Source: Verrucomicrobiia bacterium (GTDB lineage Bacteria > Verrucomicrobiota > Verrucomicrobiia > Limisphaerales > UBA1319). From it: DNA of 64,000 nucleotides. Below, one piece after another: positions 57,984 to 64,000 of the stretch (positions are counted from its first letter, which is position 1; every line of letters begins with the position of its first letter). The position numbers were made by a program, and so were the translations under genes. Where the stretch lies: contig OY760937.1 of NCBI GenBank assembly GCA_963664225.1, positions 3,648,001 to 3,712,000 on the forward strand. Reading direction: 5' to 3'. The notes below the pieces were generated by a model. That model was given only the letters and a program-made list of their open reading frames with translations, had not been told where the DNA came from and made no database searches.

Positions 57984-59465
57984 ATGCGAAGACTGGTATT
58001 CGCAATGAGTTATTGTTTTTTGTGGTTGGTTTCACAAGCTGTAAGCGCCCAAGGCGCGTCATGGTATGTGGATAACGTGGCAGCCGGGGCGGGCACGGGC
58101 AAATCCTGGACGGATGCCTGGAGCAGCTTCGCCAACGTCAGGTGGGGGACAGGCGGTGTCACCGCTGGAGACACCCTGTATATCAGCGGGGGCAGCAGCA
58201 GCAAGACCTACACCCAGAGCCTCAATGTCGGGGCGGGTGGCCAGGCGGGCAATCCACTGTATATTCGCGTCGGACAGGACGCCGGACATAATGGCCGCGT
58301 GGTGTTTAGCAATTCGTCGATCAAATGCAGCGACTATCAGTATTTGTATGTGAGCGGCCAATACCAATCATCGACCAATTTATATTTTAACGATATCACC
58401 ACGGGTACGGAATACACACCGGCAATCGGCGGTTCTGGCGGCGGACATGTGGTGGAATATGTCATCGTTAACAACACCATGGCCGGGATTACCTTTGGCA
58501 ATGGCCTCACTGCGCCTACGATCGTCAGGAATTGCGCCATCTATGGCGTTCGTGGCAAGGTCGGCATCTCCCTCCGCGGCGAGATGGCCGTCGGTCAGTG
58601 GGACAAATACGTAATTCAGAATTGTTTTGTGCAGGGCATCAGCTCTGGCGCCGCCGGACCCGACTTGATCCACGTAAATGCTGGCTCCACAGTGGCGAGC
58701 AATTATTTCACTTATCTGGCGGGGACTCCCAGCACCGACGAGCATCCTGACATGATCCAAGCCATGGGCCCGAAATATGTGAAGGTGTGCAACAATGTTT
58801 TCGATAGCCCCACGGATTCATGCGTGGACTTGGACTTGTGGTACAGTGGATCAGACACGACGATGACCAATGTGTATTTGTTCAACAATCTCGTGAAATC
58901 CACGAAGGGAAGTTACCTGGGCTGGCAGGGATTTCGTATCTATCATTCAAGCGGCGCCATTACCCGGATTCAGGGCTTGAAAATCTTTAACAACACATTG
59001 ACCGATCTGGGCAACCGGACAATCGGAGTGTTTTATACTGGTGGATCCACGGTCGTCAAGGACTGCGAGATCAGAAACAACATCCTGGCCAACACAACGG
59101 GAATCAGTATTGAAGCGAACACCGGCTATAAGGCATCCGATTGGAACGTGGACTACAACGTGATTGCGGCCGGACCATCGGGGAACAGTACCTGCGTGGT
59201 GGCGGGGGCCCCTTATGTGCAGGCTCACGGTTCGACAGCCATGCCGGTGTTCAACAGTTACACGCAGAACTCGCCGGGCAATGACTTGCGTCTGTCGCAA
59301 TCCGACTCTGTGGCCCGGGCCGCGGGTGTTGATTTGTCGGCATACACGCAGACGGATATCTCGGGAAGCATTCGCCCCAGTGGATCGGCATGGGATATTG
59401 GGGCCTATACGGGCTCGCCATCGGCGCTACGTCCGCCAACCCGCCTCATGATTGTCAATCAGTAG
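57984..59465 (+). CDS. Secreted right-handed parallel beta-helix protein (pectin lyase-like fold)
   Basis: Signal peptide; WYVD..GTGKSWTDAW; AGDTLYISGG; repeated N-x-F/I stacks; HPDMIQ; C-terminal DLRL..AGVDL..WDIGAY. Confidence 0.78.
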   Translation: MRRLVFAMSYCFLWLVSQAVSAQGASWYVDNVAAGAGTGKSWTDAWSSFANVRWGTGGVTAGDTLYISGGSSSKTYTQSLNVGAGGQAGNPLYIRVGQDAGHNGRVVFSNSSIKCSDYQYLYVSGQYQSSTNLYFNDITTGTEYTPAIGGSGGGHVVEYVIVNNTMAGITFGNGLTAPTIVRNCAIYGVRGKVGISLRGEMAVGQWDKYVIQNCFVQGISSGAAGPDLIHVNAGSTVASNYFTYLAGTPSTDEHPDMIQAMGPKYVKVCNNVFDSPTDSCVDLDLWYSGSDTTMTNVYLFNNLVKSTKGSYLGWQGFRIYHSSGAITRIQGLKIFNNTLTDLGNRTIGVFYTGGSTVVKDCEIRNNILANTTGISIEANTGYKASDWNVDYNVIAAGPSGNSTCVVAGAPYVQAHGSTAMPVFNSYTQNSPGNDLRLSQSDSVARAAGVDLSAYTQTDISGSIRPSGSAWDIGAYTGSPSALRPPTRLMIVNQ

Positions 59466-59496
59466 GACGACAAAGCAGATTCATTGCATTGAACGT

Positions 59497-59535
59497 GCCC
59501 GGCGGGAGAATTCCACTCCCGCCGGGTAATTTTTA
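59497..59535 (+). terminator. Intrinsic terminator
   Basis: GCCCGGCGGGAG-AATTCCA-CTCCCGCCGGGT followed by AATTTTT. Confidence 0.75.
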
Positions 59536-59766
59536 TGTTGGGAACGCCTGCGGCAAGAGGCGTTCTGGTTGCGGAACCGTGTTATGTTCTCCCGTGAGAA
59601 CCGCAATGCTCATCCCGCGTCTGTTTTGCGAGCAGCTCTTAGCGCCATCTGCTTGTTTCTGAGGAGGATTTGCAGCGCCGGCTTTGGGATTTATCCTTTG
59701 CCCTTTTCGCAAACCAAGTCATTCTTCACCGACTGAGTTCGTTTCTTTACGAGGCTCTGTTTAAAT

Positions 59767-61293
59767 ATGCTGCCGATACCAACACAAAAAACAACACATG
59801 GGGGCGAGGATCGGACTTCGTACAGGCAGATAATAAAATCCACCGCCATCATCGGCGGTTCCTCAGTGATTGTCATTATTCTTGGAGCCATTCGCAATAA
59901 ATTGCTCGCGGTCATGGCCGGCACGGAGGGCTACGGGCTGTATGGCAATTATGATATTATTGTTTCCATGGGCTACGCGGTGGCGAGCCTGGGAATTGGG
60001 ATGAGTGGGGTGCGGCAAATATCCGAGGCGGTGGGCAGTGGCGATCAGGTCAAGGTTGCCGGAACGATCGCTGCGGTGCGAAAGGCGGCGTTGTATTTGG
60101 GGATCATTGGGACGGTTCTTTTTTACCTGTTCCACCGGCAAATCTGCCAATTCACCTTTGGCAATTACGACCATGCCCAACCGGTGGCCATATTGTCGTT
60201 GACGATGTTTTTCAGTCTGATCTGCATTGGGCAAAAGGCGCTTTTAAACGGCCTGCGGCGGATCGTGGAACTTGCCAAGATGAACATCTACGGATCCGCG
60301 ATTGGAACCGTGGTCAGCATTCCGATCATTTATTATTATGGGATTTCCGGGGTGGCGTGGTATGTCGTGGCGATGGCGCTGATCAACATGGTAACCGCCT
60401 GGTGGCTGGCGCGAGGCATCGAGATTCCGGTTGTTCAGTTGAGCAGGAAAGACATGAATCTGGAGATTCAAAGTTTGCTCAAGCTGGGTGTGGTGTTGAT
60501 TTCGGCAACACTGATGTCCACCGGGGCGGCACTGTTGGTGCGTGTCCTGGTGACGCGGCAACTCGGGCTCGATGCGGCGGGCTTGTTTCACGCCTCGTCC
60601 ACCTTGTCCCTGCTGTATGTGGGATTCGTGTTGCAGGCCATGGGAACGGACTTTTATCCCCGGCTGACGGGGATAGCCAAGGATCATGTCGAGTGCAACC
60701 GGATGGTGAACGAGCAGGTGGAGATATCGGTGTTGATCGCCATTCCAGGGATTGTGGCCACAATGATTTTGTCTCCCATTGTCATTGAATTATTTTATTC
60801 GAAGACGTTCCTGCCGATGATGGATTTGCTCCGGTGGCAATTGCTGGGCGTGGTGCTGCGCATCGTGACCTGGCCGCTGGGTTACATCCTCCTGGCAAAG
60901 GGGGCGGCGAAGACCTATTTCATTTCGGAATCGGTCACCAATATCGCCTACATCCTCTTGATTGGCGTCGGGATCAAACATTTCGGTTTATCCGGGAGTG
61001 GAATGGCCTTTTTGGGAATGTATATTTTTTACATCGTATTGATCTATTTCATCGCTGCTCGCATGACTGGTTTTCGCTGGTCGTTCCAGAATATGAAATT
61101 GGCGGTGGTATTATTGCCGGTCGTGGTTCTGGCATTCCTGGTTTCCAGGTTTTGCGGCAGCCTTGTCAATGCGGTGGCTGGCAGCGCGCTGATCCTGTTG
61201 TCATTTATTTTCGTTTACCGGGAGACACGGCATCTTTTCGATCTGCGATCATTGGCGGCCAAATATTTAAAAATCGGCCAGTCGAAGGTATGA
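59767..61293 (+). CDS. wzx: Wzx-type polysaccharide flippase
   Basis: IKSTAIIGGSS..RNKLLAV..GTEGYG; about 12 TMs; DFYPRL; RWQLLG. Confidence 0.85.
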   Translation: MLPIPTQKTTHGGEDRTSYRQIIKSTAIIGGSSVIVIILGAIRNKLLAVMAGTEGYGLYGNYDIIVSMGYAVASLGIGMSGVRQISEAVGSGDQVKVAGTIAAVRKAALYLGIIGTVLFYLFHRQICQFTFGNYDHAQPVAILSLTMFFSLICIGQKALLNGLRRIVELAKMNIYGSAIGTVVSIPIIYYYGISGVAWYVVAMALINMVTAWWLARGIEIPVVQLSRKDMNLEIQSLLKLGVVLISATLMSTGAALLVRVLVTRQLGLDAAGLFHASSTLSLLYVGFVLQAMGTDFYPRLTGIAKDHVECNRMVNEQVEISVLIAIPGIVATMILSPIVIELFYSKTFLPMMDLLRWQLLGVVLRIVTWPLGYILLAKGAAKTYFISESVTNIAYILLIGVGIKHFGLSGSGMAFLGMYIFYIVLIYFIAARMTGFRWSFQNMKLAVVLLPVVVLAFLVSRFCGSLVNAVAGSALILLSFIFVYRETRHLFDLRSLAAKYLKIGQSKV

Positions 61294-61351
61294 CGAAGGA
61301 TTGAGGAGAGACACGTTGCGCGAATAACTCTTTGAAGTTATTATCTAAGAT

Positions 61352-62119
61352 ATGGCGGTCGAACATCAGTATTTAAACCAACCAAGCAGCCTCAGGGTCG
61401 ATCCTCAAGCCGTTAAAACTGCCAGTAAACGAGGGACGACGTTTCATTCAATATTTGGAGGGGTGATGGGCGAGTTGTATCATGTCAAGGTGTTTCGTCC
61501 GCTTGTGCGCTGGACACTGAACAGGTTTGAGCGCGGCACCATGTTTTCGAAGACCTGGCGGGAGATTCTCTTGAAGCAATATCAGGTCAAGGTCGGCATG
61601 TACACCTACGGGGAATGCTTGAAGCCGGGCTTATTGCCTCCGGGAACGGAGATTGGCAATTATTGTTCCATCGCCAATAATTTCACGGTTTTTCGTCGTA
61701 ATCACCCTGTGGATCGCATTTCGCAACATCCGTTCTTTTACAATGTGAAGTGCGGCTTGATCAGTTACGACACTCTGGAAATCGATCTGTGCAACCCCCT
61801 GATCATCGAACACGATGTGTGGATTGGGGCTGGAACGATTATTTTGCCCAAATGTCGGCGCATTGGCACAGGAGCGGTGATTGGAGCGGGATCGGTGGTC
61901 ACCAGAGACGTGGAAAAATTCAGCATCGTGGCCGGGAATCCGGCCAAACACTTGCGAGACCGGTTTCCAACCGAAATTCAGGAAGATTTATTGATAAGCC
62001 AATGGTGGAATTTCCCGGTGGAACTGTTGATGGAGAATCTCCCGGATATGATCAAGCCAGCCGAACATGAGGCGATTGGGCGTGTGATGAGTGTGGCCGG
62101 CAAATTCAATAAGAGCTGA
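61352..62119 (+). CDS. CatB/Vat-related hexapeptide O-acetyltransferase
   Basis: IGNYCSIA, NHP, HDVWIG, GAVIGAGSVVT, VAGNPAK, QWWN. Confidence 0.85.
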   Translation: MAVEHQYLNQPSSLRVDPQAVKTASKRGTTFHSIFGGVMGELYHVKVFRPLVRWTLNRFERGTMFSKTWREILLKQYQVKVGMYTYGECLKPGLLPPGTEIGNYCSIANNFTVFRRNHPVDRISQHPFFYNVKCGLISYDTLEIDLCNPLIIEHDVWIGAGTIILPKCRRIGTGAVIGAGSVVTRDVEKFSIVAGNPAKHLRDRFPTEIQEDLLISQWWNFPVELLMENLPDMIKPAEHEAIGRVMSVAGKFNKS

Positions 62120-62128
62120 TATTTTCAA

Positions 62129-63382
62129 ATGTTTTCGAACAAAGTCAGGACAGTTGAAGACATCGTCGGATGGAGGCTTTGCCTGGGATGTGGCGCCTGC
62201 GCGTATGTGTGTCCCGAGAAAAACATTACGTTAACCGACGTTCTGGAAGAGGGAATCCGCCCCCGGATTGGAGACAGGGAAAAATGCAGGGATTGCACGG
62301 ATTGCCTGAAGGTTTGTCCCGCATGGACATTGGAAGCGGTGGATGGTGTCGCGCAAAATAACGGTTTTGCGGCGGTCCGGAAGTATTTTGGGGAAATTCT
62401 CGAAGTGTGGGAAGGGTATTCGGCGGATGAGGAGATTCGGCATCGCGGGGCTTCGGGAGGCATTCTGACGGCATTGGCTTGTCACTGTGTCGAGGCGGAG
62501 GGCATGTCCGGGGTATTACATATCGGACAGGACGACCGAAATCCCCTGGTGAACAAAACTTACTTGAGCAGAACCCGGGCGGAAATGTTGTCAAGAACAG
62601 GCTCGCGCTACGCGCCGGCCTCCGCATGCGACCGTCTGGATTTAATCGAGAAATCCGAAGACCCCTGCGTTTTCATCGGGCAGCCTTCCGAGGTTGCGGC
62701 TTATAGGAACGCGCAACGAATGCGTCCACAACTCAACGCAAAAACCGGCTTGGTGCTTTCGTTTTTTTGCGCCGGCAGTCCTTCAACCAGGGGCAATCAG
62801 GAGTTAATCAGACAGGCCGGCATCGACCCAGTAAAAGTGAAGGAGATACGCTACCGGGGGCGCGGGTGGCCGGGCAATTACGAGGTGTTTGGGAAAGAGC
62901 GGTCCACGCCTTTGTGGAGCACCACGTATCAAGACTCCTGGGCATTTCTACAGGCGTTTCGGCCTTATTCCGTGCATCTGTTTCCCGACACCAGCGGGGA
63001 ATATGCGGACATCTCGGGAGGGGACCCATGGTATCGTGAAAAGGAAGAAGGGGAGGCGGGATCCTCGTTGATTGTTGTGCGGACAGAGCGCGGGCGCGAA
63101 ATACTTCAGCGGGCCATGCGCGCAGGTCGCATTGTGGCCAGACCGGTGGGTGTTTCCGAGTTGTTGGAATCGCAAAAGAATCTCGCAGCCAAACGGAGTG
63201 CCATTTGGGGCCGGCAATTGGCATTCCAAACGATGGCCATTCCAACGACCCGTTATCGGGGTTTTGCATTGTTTGCGAGCTGGCTTGAATTGCCGACAAG
63301 CCAGAAACTGGCGTCCGTGTTTGGCACATTGCGGCGCATCGTTAAAAGAAAATATTACAAACGACATGAACTTCCCGATTAG
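62129..63382 (+). CDS. Coenzyme F420 hydrogenase/dehydrogenase beta-subunit (FrhB)-like Fe-S flavoprotein
   Basis: CLGCGACAYVCP and CRDCTDCLKVCP ferredoxin motifs; ASGGILT, GSRY, IGQPSE, FCAG, YRGRGWPG, ADISGGDPW. Confidence 0.85.
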   Translation: MFSNKVRTVEDIVGWRLCLGCGACAYVCPEKNITLTDVLEEGIRPRIGDREKCRDCTDCLKVCPAWTLEAVDGVAQNNGFAAVRKYFGEILEVWEGYSADEEIRHRGASGGILTALACHCVEAEGMSGVLHIGQDDRNPLVNKTYLSRTRAEMLSRTGSRYAPASACDRLDLIEKSEDPCVFIGQPSEVAAYRNAQRMRPQLNAKTGLVLSFFCAGSPSTRGNQELIRQAGIDPVKVKEIRYRGRGWPGNYEVFGKERSTPLWSTTYQDSWAFLQAFRPYSVHLFPDTSGEYADISGGDPWYREKEEGEAGSSLIVVRTERGREILQRAMRAGRIVARPVGVSELLESQKNLAAKRSAIWGRQLAFQTMAIPTTRYRGFALFASWLELPTSQKLASVFGTLRRIVKRKYYKRHELPD

Positions 63383-63475
63383 CGCCGGAACAGTCCTGTT
63401 TTTAGCGTCGTCTGAACGTATCGTTATGAAGAGCTGCGGCCGGGTGTGGAAGACTTGTCGATGGCAGATTACGGC

Positions 63476-64000
63476 ATGAGCTTGACAACAAGTCCGATGG
63501 AAACGAGCAATCTCGTCGCAGGCGACTCGGGAGCCGCCGAGCATGCCTTTTACCAAAATGTAAACGGCGTGAATATTTTCTCGGTGGTACACAAGGCCCG
63601 GCATCCCCAAGCCCAAGCCCTGCTGATGGGATCCCATGCGATCGATCGTCCGCTCGCCTATACAGCATGGAGAAACTGGGCCCGCTATCTGGCGGACAAC
63701 GGGGTTGACGCGCTGCGCTTCGACTATCGCTGCATTGGGGAAAGCACCGGCTGTTTTGAGAAAACCGGCCTGCCGGATTGGGAGGAGGATGCCGCGGAAT
63801 TGGCGCGACGGCTGCAAGAGCAGTCTCCGGAGCTGCCGTTGTTTTTAATCGGACTTCGCTTTGGAGGATTGCTGGCGACGAGACTTTTTGCGCGGGGTGT
63901 TGGCAGCGCCATGCTGGCCTGGTCGCCCAATGCCAGCGGACGGGATGTGTTGAATGAGGCGCTGATGCTGCGCATTGCCAACGACTATGTGTTGCATAAG
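63476..64000 (+). CDS. Alpha/beta-hydrolase-fold protein (exosortase-associated 'hydrolase 2'-like), partial
   Basis: Absent from the track (runs off right edge). Manual translation MSLTTSP...WARYLADNGVDALRFDYRCIGESTG...LFLIGLRFGGLLA...LAWSP. Confidence 0.78.
   Translation, partial: MSLTTSPMETSNLVAGDSGAAEHAFYQNVNGVNIFSVVHKARHPQAQALLMGSHAIDRPLAYTAWRNWARYLADNGVDALRFDYRCIGESTGCFEKTGLPDWEEDAAELARRLQEQSPELPLFLIGLRFGGLLATRLFARGVGSAMLAWSPNASGRDVLNEALMLRIANDYVLHK

Noticed and set aside
61352..62119. Chloramphenicol or streptogramin resistance acetyltransferase
   Set aside because: Its position inside the EPS operon favours polysaccharide O-acetylation.

Overview
GC-rich bacterial chromosomal segment, probably Verrucomicrobiota (Pedosphaerales/Limisphaerales-like). 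This is inferred from an H-X9-DG prepilin-type protein, a PEP-CTERM remnant, secreted proteins ending in an 'FYR' module and the REP-like repeats. Left to right: an IS1380-family element abuts the 5' end of a group II intron that interrupts an FGE-sulfatase-domain gene; a MacAB-type ABC exporter operon; a PEP-CTERM pseudogene; a prepilin-like gene; an IS481-family element; secreted and carbohydrate-active genes (TIM-barrel isomerase, GH92, GH95, GH2); and tRNA-Leu(CAG). After the tRNA come a probable integrase stub, a 2.15-kb tandem array built from REP-like motifs, and a two-gene cassette encoding an Hcp (T6SS tube) domain behind a Sec-type signal peptide plus a secreted GW-repeat partner. 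Next are a serine hydrolase, a nitrilase-family enzyme, a decayed copy of the GH2 5' end, a sigma-54 response regulator, a Gfo/Idh/MocA oxidoreductase, ptsI and a nucleotidyltransferase. From about 40 kb a Wzx/Wzy-type exopolysaccharide cluster runs off the right edge. The most unusual items are the signal-peptide-bearing orphan Hcp cassette, the REP-mosaic array, and the IS inserted at the intron splice junction. All calls come from reading motifs by eye; no searches were run.
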